Of a DNA stretch of 64,000 nucleotides, positions 8,731 to 18,940 are shown piece by piece (the first letter of the stretch is position 1; every line of letters starts with the position of its first letter). Below the pieces are notes generated by a model that had not been told where the DNA came from, ran no database searches, and saw nothing but the letters and a program-made list of their open reading frames with translations. The stretch comes from Nostoc sp. JL33 (GTDB lineage Bacteria; Cyanobacteriota; Cyanobacteriia; Cyanobacteriales; Nostocaceae). Both the position numbers and the translations under genes were made by a program. The stretch spans positions 12,357-76,356 of the forward strand of contig NZ_JABXKP010000038.1 in NCBI RefSeq assembly GCF_017114985.1. The letters run 5' to 3'.

Positions 8731-10830
8731 CTAACTCCTAACTCCTAACGCCTGAAGGGCAGCTTGGATAATATTGTCATACTGTGGTTGAGATATATCA
8801 ATTTCTTTGGCGTTTTGACGATTAGTGCCCAGTAAACCAATTATATGCCCTGTCTGCATGGCTAAGACTTTGCCTTCAGAATTTTTAATTCTTAATTCTG
8901 CTTCAATACCGTTTTTATAGAAACCACAAGTATAATGTCGCTGGTTGTACTCAAAAGTAGTGGTTGACGGGATAGGTGGCGAAGCAAAAAATTGTTGAAG
9001 CTGAATTGGCAGTCTGACACCGATTAACTCTAGCTCGATGGTGGTGTTACCGTTAAAGTAATTTTCTCGCAGTTTGTAAGCGACATCCACTCGCGGTGGT
9101 AGCTGGAAATAGTCGCCCCAACGCCAAGCGATCGCTTTGATTTTATACTGCTGATTATCAATAGTTTGGGCAATTGTTAGTTTAATGTGACCCTTACCAA
9201 CGATTTTTTGTTCAACCACTTGCACATTAGGTGTCCAGAAAATTGGATCGGGGTTGTCCATACCGCAGGGATGTAGAGCATTAAGCTGTTGGTAAAGCTG
9301 CTGATTGATATGATTGAGGTTGACTTCGGCATCAATTTTGAGCAGAGGTTTGAGATGCTGGGGTTCAAGACACTGGTTAGCAAACTCAATCAAACGCGAT
9401 CGCAACACCTGTAAATTCTCTGCTGGTAGAGAGAATCCCCCGGCTGCTTTGTGTCCGCCAAATTTACCCAGTAAATCGTGACAATATTCCAAAGCTTCAA
9501 ACACATGAAATTCTGGAATTCCTCGTGCTGAACCGCGTATATGTTCCTCATCCTCATAAGTACCGATGAACACGGGAACACCGTAGCGTTCTACTAAGCG
9601 GGAGGCGACAATCCCAATAACGCCATGATGCCAATTGGGTTGAACAACAACTAATACACGGTCTTTTTGTAAAGATGCAACAAATTCTGTCTCTACATAA
9701 GCGATCGCTTCTTGTTCAATTTGTTCACACATTAGCTGGCGACTAGTATTAGTTTGTTCGCACTGCTTCGCAAGTTCCAGCGCCACCCCCATATCATCTG
9801 TAGTCAGCAATTCAATCACAGTCTGGGGATTACCAATCCTACCAATAGCATTAATTCGCGGCCCCAAGCGAAACCCAATATCTTCAGGCTTTAGCGATTT
9901 TGGATTTTGGATTTTGGATTTTGGATCGGGGATTTTCTCCTCTACTCCCCCTACTCCCTGATCTCCCCTCACCTGCACGCCACCTACCTGAATTAATGCC
10001 CGCACCCCAGCTAAGTTGGATTTGGGTAAATGCTGTAAACCACGTTTCACCCAGCGCCGATTCACGCCAGTTAAGGGAGCTAAATCTGCGATCGTTCCCA
10101 GTGTAAATAGTGCTAACATCGGTTGGATCAAGCCCTTAGTCTCCCCTAGCTGTTGTGCTAGAGACACTGCCAAAATATAGGCAACACCAACACCTGCAAC
10201 ACCCCGATAAGGTGAGGATTCTGCTATTAGTTTCGGGTTGAGGATAGCGTTAGCTGGTGGTAATTTTTGGGGGATATCGTGGTGATCGGTGATAATCACT
10301 GCAAGACCAAGTTCTCTAGCTCTAGCAACTGGTTCAAACGCAGAGATGCCATTATCTACAGTCAGAATTAATCCCACACCTTCGCTATGAAATTCTTCGA
10401 CTATGCGGTTATTAATGCCGTAGCCTTCGTGCATTCGACTGGGAATAGCATAATTTACTTGTGCGCCTAAAGTGCGGAGACTACGTAAAAGTAGAGCAGT
10501 GCTAGTCATCCCATCAGCATCGTAATCACCACAAATAGCAATTTTTGTTTGAGAGGCGATCGCATTTTGCAACAACTCCAAACTAATCGCCAAATCTGGG
10601 AAATCTTCCAACGGCGAAGGTAAAACTAAAGACTCTGGATTTAAAAATCCTTGTATCTGTTCTGGTGTTTCCATACCCCGATTAATCAACAACTGGCTGA
10701 CAATCGGTGAAATGTTTGTCATAACCGCCAGATTTTGGGCAAATTCTGGTTTTTGCGGAGAAATCTGCCAGCGCTGATCAGGTAAGCGCCTGGGTTGCTT
10801 TGAGGATTCAGATACAGATCGGTCTAGCAC
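8731..10830 (-). CDS. recJ: ssDNA 5'-3' exonuclease RecJ
   Basis: GDYDADG, TVDNG, DHH, GTIAD, GPRINAIGR, GGHKAAGG motifs. Confidence 0.96.
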   Translation of the reverse strand: MLDRSVSESSKQPRRLPDQRWQISPQKPEFAQNLAVMTNISPIVSQLLINRGMETPEQIQGFLNPESLVLPSPLEDFPDLAISLELLQNAIASQTKIAICGDYDADGMTSTALLLRSLRTLGAQVNYAIPSRMHEGYGINNRIVEEFHSEGVGLILTVDNGISAFEPVARARELGLAVIITDHHDIPQKLPPANAILNPKLIAESSPYRGVAGVGVAYILAVSLAQQLGETKGLIQPMLALFTLGTIADLAPLTGVNRRWVKRGLQHLPKSNLAGVRALIQVGGVQVRGDQGVGGVEEKIPDPKSKIQNPKSLKPEDIGFRLGPRINAIGRIGNPQTVIELLTTDDMGVALELAKQCEQTNTSRQLMCEQIEQEAIAYVETEFVASLQKDRVLVVVQPNWHHGVIGIVASRLVERYGVPVFIGTYEDEEHIRGSARGIPEFHVFEALEYCHDLLGKFGGHKAAGGFSLPAENLQVLRSRLIEFANQCLEPQHLKPLLKIDAEVNLNHINQQLYQQLNALHPCGMDNPDPIFWTPNVQVVEQKIVGKGHIKLTIAQTIDNQQYKIKAIAWRWGDYFQLPPRVDVAYKLRENYFNGNTTIELELIGVRLPIQLQQFFASPPIPSTTTFEYNQRHYTCGFYKNGIEAELRIKNSEGKVLAMQTGHIIGLLGTNRQNAKEIDISQPQYDNIIQAALQALGVRS

Positions 10831-10912
10831 AGTATAAATTTAGGAGCTTTTAGTTATGAGTGTTGAATTGAAAGTTGTTTCTTAACTCATAACTAATAAC
10901 ATTATTTGCTAT

Positions 10913-11338
10913 CTAAAACACGTTGATCTTACCATCATTCATAATATATAACGAGCGATCGCCCGAAGAACGCAAAGTCGGATGGAGTTCAAGCCGCAAT
11001 GTGCCAAAATTAGGTTTCGAGACAATTGCTTGTAGTGATAAACCCGTTTCGCTCCAAAATATCAGAGATGTATTTGGCTGCGTACCCTCTATTTGTTCTA
11101 GATTTAATTTTTGCCCTGGACTCAAGGATATTGCATCAGTCCCGGAGGGTTTTTGAATTTTAATCAGGTTAGGTGTGCTATTTATAACTTCAACTCGGAT
11201 GTGTTGCCCAGGCGTAAACTGAATTGGGTGCGAACCACACTTAGAGGCACAAGTTCCAGCTAAGGTAGGACTGGGATTATTGATTGATGTAACTAGAATG
11301 GTAGATGCAACTAAAGCAAATGATAGACGCTTAAACAT
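10913..11338 (-). CDS. Hypothetical exported protein
   Basis: Sec-type N-terminus MFKRLSFALVASTILV...TLA and a CxxxC motif. Confidence 0.7.
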   Translation of the reverse strand: MFKRLSFALVASTILVTSINNPSPTLAGTCASKCGSHPIQFTPGQHIRVEVINSTPNLIKIQKPSGTDAISLSPGQKLNLEQIEGTQPNTSLIFWSETGLSLQAIVSKPNFGTLRLELHPTLRSSGDRSLYIMNDGKINVF

Positions 11339-11888
11339 AGCACGCAGTATAAATACTTAATTAAAATTTTACTTTAATTAAGTACTGTCAAGCCTCAGTA
11401 TATTTTCCCGAATTACTTTAGACATAGGAGTGAAATTAAATATGCGTTACCCAGAACCCTTGTAGAGACGTAGCAGTGCTACGTCAAAACAATTCTTTTT
11501 CACTGCGATACCTGGGGAGGTAACTGAGCCAAGCCGTTCGCCTCCGGTCTCGTAGAGAAGGCTTTACGCTACGCTATCTGTGACGCCTGGGTTAGTCTAC
11601 ACCTAACATTATGATCAAGATCAAGCGATGCCTGCGGTTCTTGCTAGCCTACGTGTGGTAATGCCTTGTATCTATTGTATCTAAGCAATAATCGTTGTAA
11701 GTTGTCATAATTACAAACGCAGACATGAGTCAACGGAGCCAAGAACACTCTTTCTGATTTCCGTTAACATAATCCCGCAGCCGACATTATTGAACTGAAA
11801 GCCTACTGCGGAGGTTTTCTATATGTCCAGGAAACGATAAAAATGGTTAGCTTTTAAACCTGAGCCGATTTTATTGGACAAGAGAAAA

Positions 11889-12797
11889 TTACTGAGAATA
11901 CTCTTTGCGCCAAGCCTGGGGAGGTAAACCGTGATGTTGGCGAAACTGGCGGGAGAAATGAGACACATCCTGATAGCCCAATGTTTTGGCTATCTTCTCG
12001 ACTGTCTGATTATTATTTTGGAGTAAAAAACGAGCACCCGCCATCCGGCGTTTAACAATCCAGCAGTTTACAGTTTGTCCTGTCTGCCTTGCGACTCGGT
12101 TAGTTAAGTAAGCAGGTGAGTAACCAACAGCAATAGCCACATCACACAAAGTAATTCCTTCATGATAATGGGCTTCGATAAAGTCGAAAACTTCTTTTAA
12201 TTGGGGAATGCAGGGAAAGATTGACGACGAATCAGGGTTCATGGCTTCTCTACCAGAGGCTTCTGTACCAGAGGCTTCTGTACCAGAGGCTTTGCCAACG
12301 CCAACGCCAACGCCAACGGCAACACCAACACCTCCAGCGATCGCTGTAGTATTATCTCTAAATACTGATTTTGCAGCTTTTTCAAATTTAATATTGCACC
12401 AGTATTGGAGACTAGCTTGCTTTTCCAAGCGAATAGCGATCGCTCTGAGCAATTCATCTAGTGTCGAGGGTTTGGTAAGATAGTCGTCTGCTCCCAATTC
12501 CATAGCTTTGCGAACATCTGCTTTGGTACTACTGCCAGTCAGAAAAATGAAGGGAATAATTGCTGTAAGAGGATCTTGGCGTAGCGTAGTTAAAACGCTA
12601 TAACCATCCATATCAGGCATCGTGATATCGCAAATCACTAAGTCGGGTATACGCTCTTGTGCTTTTTGAATACCTGCAAGACCGTTGTCAGCACCTATGG
12701 TATCAAAACCTTTAGCCTCAAGACCCTTTAAATAAAGATTGCGAGTAACCTTATCATCTTCAATGACGAGAATTTTATTTGAGGATTCGTACACCAT
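11889..12797 (-). CDS. Response regulator, REC plus AraC HTH (scytonemin regulator, NpF1278-like)
   Basis: ILVIEDD/DLVICD/TKP receiver, C-terminal AraC HTH (LGYQDVSHFSRQFR); position divergent from scyA. Confidence 0.92.
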   Translation of the reverse strand: MVYESSNKILVIEDDKVTRNLYLKGLEAKGFDTIGADNGLAGIQKAQERIPDLVICDITMPDMDGYSVLTTLRQDPLTAIIPFIFLTGSSTKADVRKAMELGADDYLTKPSTLDELLRAIAIRLEKQASLQYWCNIKFEKAAKSVFRDNTTAIAGGVGVAVGVGVGVGKASGTEASGTEASGREAMNPDSSSIFPCIPQLKEVFDFIEAHYHEGITLCDVAIAVGYSPAYLTNRVARQTGQTVNCWIVKRRMAGARFLLQNNNQTVEKIAKTLGYQDVSHFSRQFRQHHGLPPQAWRKEYSQ

Positions 12798-12935
12798 TTT
12801 CTATTACCATAACTTTTTGCAGAAGCTGCTTACTAGACTCTTTGGTGAGTATGTAAATAGCCATGAGATTAATTAGTTCGTTCCCAGAGTTATGATTGTT
12901 AAGTTGTTAATTAACAACTATCTTCATTTCAACAC

Positions 12936-14915
12936 TCATAACTCGGAGCGGGGAAACTCTGATTTGATTAATGGCAACATCACGGTAAACGTCGTGCCTA
13001 CATCAAGTTGACTTTCTACAGAGACTTGACCGTGATGTAAATCTACAAGGGTTTTAAGAATCGATAGTCCTAGTCCAGTACCAGGTATACTATCAATATT
13101 ACTACCACGGTAAAATGGCTCAAATATTCGTTGTTGATCTACTACTGAAATACCGATTCCCTGATCTTTTACCTGAAAAATTACTTGCTCATTTTGGCAA
13201 TATAATTTCAACTCAATTGCAATTTTTGAGGAAGAATACTTGATTGCATTATCGAGCAAATTCCTCAAAATAGGCTCTAAGAGTTTTTTATCTATGCAGG
13301 CTGTTAGGGACTTATCTTGACTTACAAAATTAATCGGGATTTGGCTAATACTCATCTGCATTTGTGCAACTAAATCATTACAGAACTGAACTAAATCAAG
13401 CGGTTTTGGCTCACAGTTAATTTTTGCTGATTCTGCCTTAGAGAAGAACAAAATATCATCCAACATCTGGCTGAGTTGTTCGGTAGCTTTTTCAATGTGA
13501 TCGAGTAATGGTTGTATTTTTTTCTGTGTACGTTTGTCTACTTCTTCCTTTAGTAAGCTATTAGAAAATGAAACAATATTTAGGGGAGTTCGGAATTGAT
13601 GGCAAACCATAGAAAGAAAACGCGCTCTAAGTTCGCTAAGTTGTTTTGCTTGTTCTAAAGCTTGGTTAAGACCTAATTCTGCATATTTGTAATCGGTAAT
13701 ATCGATGCCTGCAATCAGTTCGACTGGGTTTCCTCCAAAATCCAGCACTCCATCTAGCATGGCAACCGCACAGGCTAGCCAGCGCTCTGTGCCGTTTTTT
13801 GTCAAAAGATTTATCTCCTGATATTCAAAGTTACTTGCTTCACCTTGGTTGCGTACCTGCCGACGTTTTTTGCTTTTAATCAGTCGGTGCAGTCCAAAGC
13901 TTGTTAGCAGTTCCTCTTTTGTATAGCCAGTGAGTTTCTCTACTGCTGGATTTATGTAGCAAAGCCGCGTGCCTTGAATCAGAAAAGTGCTGGCATCTGT
14001 CGTTTCTGCTAAAGTCCGAAATCTAGATGCGTTCAGCCGCAATGCTTCTTCAGTCTGTTTCGATTCAGTAATGTCCCAAATACTCCACACTCTACCAATA
14101 ATTTTGCCCTCAAGCCACTGAGGTTTCGAGTAGTGTGTAAAAACTCTCCCATCTTTCAACTCCAGAATGTCGTAACTCTCGAAATCAGATTGGCTAGACA
14201 CTTCCCAAATCAGGCGACTAAAGGCTTGGGGATCTTTAAGTTGGCTCTCAAAAAAGTCTTTGCATCGAGGACATTTCTTAGATAGTATCAAGGACTCCGG
14301 GATCTGCCACATATCGATAAATTTCTGATTCAAACTCAGAATATCTCCCTCGAAGTTAACTGCAACAATACCAATGGCAGTAGATTCGAGAGTAGAACGA
14401 AGCAAAGAAAGAGATGTTTCTAATTCTACTTCTTTTGCCTTGAGTTGAGAAAATTCCTGTTGCAAATGGTCTTTAGCATCCCTTAATTCATCAGTCCACT
14501 TTTGCACGCTCAGTTCTACTATCTCATCACTTTTCTCACGAACAAAGGCACAGCCAAATTCCATATCTTGCTGTTTTACATAGCTCATCGATATTTCTAC
14601 CAGAAAGATCCGACCTGCTTTTGTCCGGTAGCGAGATTTAAAGGTAAGGGAACCCTGTGAGCTAATATCTAACCAATTGTGTAGAGAAAAGTCTACGTCT
14701 ATATCATGCAGCCTCATGGAAAGTAATTCCTCACGGGAATACTCAGTCATTAGGCAAGTGGCATCGTTGACGTAAAGAAACTGCGCGTTTGCTCCTAAAC
14801 AGAAGGCAGCATCTACAGCGTGATTTATTAGGAAGTGAGCAAACTTCATTTCTACTTCTGGTTGTGCCGTCGATTGATTGTTTGATTTAGCTAATATATA
14901 ATCGCCAGAATTCAT
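12936..14915 (-). CDS. PAS-domain sensor histidine kinase (NpF1277-like)
   Basis: Several PAS domains, H-box HQFRTPL, NAIKYS, DQGIG, GTGLGL; upstream of the response regulator. Confidence 0.92.
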   Translation of the reverse strand: MNSGDYILAKSNNQSTAQPEVEMKFAHFLINHAVDAAFCLGANAQFLYVNDATCLMTEYSREELLSMRLHDIDVDFSLHNWLDISSQGSLTFKSRYRTKAGRIFLVEISMSYVKQQDMEFGCAFVREKSDEIVELSVQKWTDELRDAKDHLQQEFSQLKAKEVELETSLSLLRSTLESTAIGIVAVNFEGDILSLNQKFIDMWQIPESLILSKKCPRCKDFFESQLKDPQAFSRLIWEVSSQSDFESYDILELKDGRVFTHYSKPQWLEGKIIGRVWSIWDITESKQTEEALRLNASRFRTLAETTDASTFLIQGTRLCYINPAVEKLTGYTKEELLTSFGLHRLIKSKKRRQVRNQGEASNFEYQEINLLTKNGTERWLACAVAMLDGVLDFGGNPVELIAGIDITDYKYAELGLNQALEQAKQLSELRARFLSMVCHQFRTPLNIVSFSNSLLKEEVDKRTQKKIQPLLDHIEKATEQLSQMLDDILFFSKAESAKINCEPKPLDLVQFCNDLVAQMQMSISQIPINFVSQDKSLTACIDKKLLEPILRNLLDNAIKYSSSKIAIELKLYCQNEQVIFQVKDQGIGISVVDQQRIFEPFYRGSNIDSIPGTGLGLSILKTLVDLHHGQVSVESQLDVGTTFTVMLPLIKSEFPRSEL

Positions 14916-15291
14916 ACTCTTACTCCCTTCTGGTAATCAATGATCACCATAGCTATTAATGAGTTAATAGTCATGACTTACTAAAATATTTCAAGCGCTG
15001 TCACGCTGTTAAAAAATAAAACTAGTTAGTAAATTAAAACTAACATAACATTCTTAACAAAACTTATCATACCAATAAACAGTGAATTATTAAACCAAAT
15101 TTTCCTAAAAAAACTAAATATTTAATTTAAAATTTATTATTGGCTTAAACAGCTTTTTATGACAGCCCAAAATTGAGACAAATCAAATCCTGATTAATCA
15201 ATAAATAGAAAATACATTTTAAATTTTAACTAGCCCTGACACCAGAGCTAACTAATGGTTCACCAACCTAAAATAGCTGGGTTTCGACTGG

Positions 15292-15333
15292 GGAAAGGTT
15301 AAAGGATAAAAATTTTTATCCTTTAACCTTTCC
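15292..15333. repeat. Perfect 42-bp palindrome
   Basis: GGAAAGGTTAAAGGATAAAAA|TTTTTATCCTTTAACCTTTCC. Confidence 0.85.
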
Positions 15334-16062
15334 TCACCAAACACTTTGGCGAACTAGTTTTGTAGAGTCGTTTGATTGTCAACATAAATGAATTTGCAGT
15401 CCTGGGCTTGCCTTAAATGAACAAATTTTACTGATCACTTCATTTTCTTAATTTATCTTAACTTACTCTCTCAGGGATTTAACTATAGATGAATATGCTT
15501 AGTCATCCGTCGTCGGGAATACATTTGTATTATAGAGATAAGTTTTATTTTACGTATGATACTATAATACATGTCATATAAAAAACCCTTGAATTGAAAA
15601 CCTACTTAGCTTCTCCGAAACCATGCCTAATAACTAATAAATTTTATCGAGAAATTACGTACTTAGTATTTTAGTCATCTCTCAAAGTAAATATAAAAAT
15701 TTAAAATAAGATGTATTTATCGTTACAAATAATTGACTCAAAGAGTTTTTGGTGGCAGTATATAGACCGCCAAACTGTTGTAGTTCGGCTCATGCTTTAA
15801 CTGGGATAATTGATGACGGCGAGTTCAAGAGTCAATAATTGAAGAAGAATACATTCGTCAGAATTCAGGAATCAGAATCAAGACGCTCGTTCCTCTCTAC
15901 AATACAAGCAAGCTACCGCAAACCCCAGTAGAGAACAGAAGACAGCCAGTCGCTCATGGGGAGCCACTTTGGAGAAGATCGGACTGTCTGATTAAGGCGC
16001 TGGCTTCCCTAAACAACTTTTAAGAAAAAATATAACAGTTGTGTAAGTCCTAAAGCAAAAGA

Positions 16063-16503
16063 ATTGACAACCACATCAAAAGATTTTCTATTGTAAATTT
16101 GGGATATGTCGTAGCAGCGATGCCGAAGGCGGGCTACGCCTACGCAGAATTTCAATCTTTCAGAATGACTAAGTTGGAAATGTCGCATTCAGGATAAAAG
16201 CGAAAGAATTGACACCCAGATCAAACGATTTTTCATTGCAAATTAGGTTTTCATCATAATAGTTAAGAACCTTCCCAGGCGGTTTAGTAGTAAGTAGGCG
16301 TAGCCCGCCGCAGGCATCGGTGCTATTAAAGCTAGCTGTATTAAGCTTTGTAAAGATTCTGAGATGTGTTTGAGTTCAGGCTAGTTGCTAGTTTATATCG
16401 CTCTGGATGATTTAGCTTTTTCCCCGTCAATCTACTTAAGTACTGTAGGCATCACCATAGAAGCGAAAAATTTGACATGCTTATCAAAAGATTTTTGATT
16501 GCA
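16063..16503 (+). promoter_or_regulatory. Three copies of a 33-bp motif WTTGACA-N5-ATCAAAAGATTTTYNATTGYA upstream of scyA
   Basis: Copies at 16063-16095, 16208-16240, 16471-16503, each preceded by AAGCRAAA. Function is inferred. Confidence 0.7.
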
Positions 16504-16743
16504 CAACGGTCTTCGTCTCCTTTATTCTGGTGACAAGAAGCACAGCCTCAACTGTTGTATGCTTTTGGTAAAAATTTTTTGGTACTGCGCTCATAAGCAT
16601 TAATCAGCAGCGATCAACCATTTCTACTATCGACCAAGCTAGGTCATAGCTGTAAGAAACTACAGAGTCGTTTGTATTAAATATGTCTAGCGCTGTGATT
16701 GTAAACTAAAAAGCCTTTCTTTTGTGTAACTTTATGTAATTAC

Positions 16744-18633
16744 GTGAAACCAATGAGTCAAAACTATACTGGTTCAAACTCTCCTCTAATCACCACTGAG
16801 CCATATAAGGAATTTCCAGCACACAGCTATGTAGAATCTACCTCTGACTCCCGTAAGCTTGATGAATCGGAGAATAACGAGGGAATTCAGCCTTTTTTAA
16901 ACGACGAGATCGCCCCAACGCTCTCAGTTGCCGATGCGATCGCTCAAATGTTGGAAAATTTGGGAGTAAGCTACGCCTTTGGTGTCGCAGGTGGTGCGAT
17001 GGCAAGCATTTGGGGTGCCCTATCAAATAGCAGTATAGAGGTATTAAACTTCCGCCATGAAGCAGGAGCCGCATTTGCAGCGACTGAGGCATACTTTGCC
17101 AATAGTCGCCCGGCTGTAGTTTTTACCACAGCCGGGCCAGGGATCACAAACGCTCTGACTGGATTATTTGCGGCTCGTGGTGAAGGTGCAAAGGTGATTT
17201 TGCTGTCGGCTTGCACCTCAGCACCGCAGCGTGGACGCTGGGCAATTCAAGAAACCAGCACTTACACATTGCCCAGTGGAGGAATGTTTACCTCAGGAGC
17301 GCTATTCAACTATGCAATCACTATTGAATCTGCGGCTCAACTCCCGCAAATTTTCCGCAAACTTGCTTTAGCTATGGCACAACCAGGCGGATTTGTTGCC
17401 CATTTGAGCATTCCCACTGCTGTGCAAACAAGTTTAGTTGAGAATATAGCTTTACCCCAACTAGATGTTTCTCAGTTTGCGATGACTGCTTCAAAAGAAG
17501 CGATCGCTAAATCTGTAGAGTTATTATCATCTGGCCCCTTTGCTATCTGGGTTGGTTTCGGTGCGCGTGACGCAGCAGACGAAATCCTCCAACTCGCAGA
17601 AAAAACCGGAGCTGCGGTGATGTGTTCACCCCGTGGTAAGGGTATCTTCCCGGAAGATCATCCCCAGTTTGTGGGTGTCACAGGTTTAGGCGGTCATGCT
17701 TCCGTCTTCACTTATATGGAACAGCAACCTCCACTACGCACACTCGTATTAGGAACCCGCCTTGGTGAACCGACTTCCTTCTGGAATTCGGCGCTAGTTC
17801 CAAAAAGAGGTTTTGTACATGTAGATATTGACCAAGAAGTGCCAGGGGTAGCGTATCCACACGTTGAAACTTTTGGGGTTCGGTCTGAAATCAAAGCCTT
17901 TGTGCAAGAGTTGTTGCAGCAATTACCAGATGCTCCTCGTTCCACAATGTCGTTACCTCGTCCAGAACACAAAGCAATCGAACCCGCACCAGATGTAGAC
18001 TATCCAGTGCGACCAGAAGTATTGATGGCAGCAATTCAAAAGATCATTGTTGAGGGTAGCGATGCGGTAGTAATGGCAGAGTGCGGTAACTCCTTTACTT
18101 GGTCAACTCATCTACTGCAATTTGCCCAAGCCAATCGTTACCGAGTCAGCACCGGAGTTGGAGCAATGGGTCACGCTGTCACTGGAGTGTTGGGTGCAGC
18201 ACTGGCGAACAATAGCAAGGCTGTAGGTATTGTTGGCGATGGAGCAATGCTGATGAATAACGAAATCAGCACAGCTGTGAAATACAAAATTCCGGCGATT
18301 TGGATTGTACTCAACGACGCGCGTTACAACATGTGCCATCAAGGGATGAAAATCTTGGGATTAAAGGGTGCAGACGCAACACTTCCACCAACAAACTTTG
18401 CGATGATTGCTCGTGGTATGGGAGCAGAAGCGATCGTCGTCGTCAGAGAGTCGGATATTGAAGCCGCATTAGAACAAGCGATCGCTTCAACTGTTCCCTT
18501 TCTGATTGATGTAGTGATTGACGCTGATCGCCCAGCACCCTCTGGTGGACGTAATAAGAGTTTAGCTGCACAAGGAGTTAAATCAAGTCCGGCGAAAAGT
18601 GCAGCCAAGCAGGTTTCATTTCCAATGGTTTGA
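16744..18633 (+). CDS. scyA: ScyA, ThDP-dependent acyloin synthase
   Basis: RHEAGAAF, TTAGPG, GDGA...N ThDP motifs; first gene of the cluster. Confidence 0.95.
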   Translation: MKPMSQNYTGSNSPLITTEPYKEFPAHSYVESTSDSRKLDESENNEGIQPFLNDEIAPTLSVADAIAQMLENLGVSYAFGVAGGAMASIWGALSNSSIEVLNFRHEAGAAFAATEAYFANSRPAVVFTTAGPGITNALTGLFAARGEGAKVILLSACTSAPQRGRWAIQETSTYTLPSGGMFTSGALFNYAITIESAAQLPQIFRKLALAMAQPGGFVAHLSIPTAVQTSLVENIALPQLDVSQFAMTASKEAIAKSVELLSSGPFAIWVGFGARDAADEILQLAEKTGAAVMCSPRGKGIFPEDHPQFVGVTGLGGHASVFTYMEQQPPLRTLVLGTRLGEPTSFWNSALVPKRGFVHVDIDQEVPGVAYPHVETFGVRSEIKAFVQELLQQLPDAPRSTMSLPRPEHKAIEPAPDVDYPVRPEVLMAAIQKIIVEGSDAVVMAECGNSFTWSTHLLQFAQANRYRVSTGVGAMGHAVTGVLGAALANNSKAVGIVGDGAMLMNNEISTAVKYKIPAIWIVLNDARYNMCHQGMKILGLKGADATLPPTNFAMIARGMGAEAIVVVRESDIEAALEQAIASTVPFLIDVVIDADRPAPSGGRNKSLAAQGVKSSPAKSAAKQVSFPMV

Positions 18634-18940
18634 TTTTAAAAGCTGGCAATCTTATCCAATTGTTATAGACACTAAAACACTCCAAGAAAGCGGAATTTAC
18701 AACGGAGTTTGGATTTGTCCATTCACCAAAAGACAAAGGATGAATTTGGAAGCAGCAAAAACTTTATTCCAGCCAAAAAACTACACCCAATCAACTGGAA
18801 TTTCAAATTTTTGATTTTTGATACCTAAGTCTTTTATTAACTCTATCCAATAATAATCTTCGAGAGTGTTTTTGTGTCTATATTTTTACATTTTGTAATG
18901 GTCATTACTTTCTCTAACCAATCCCAAACAATATCGAGAG

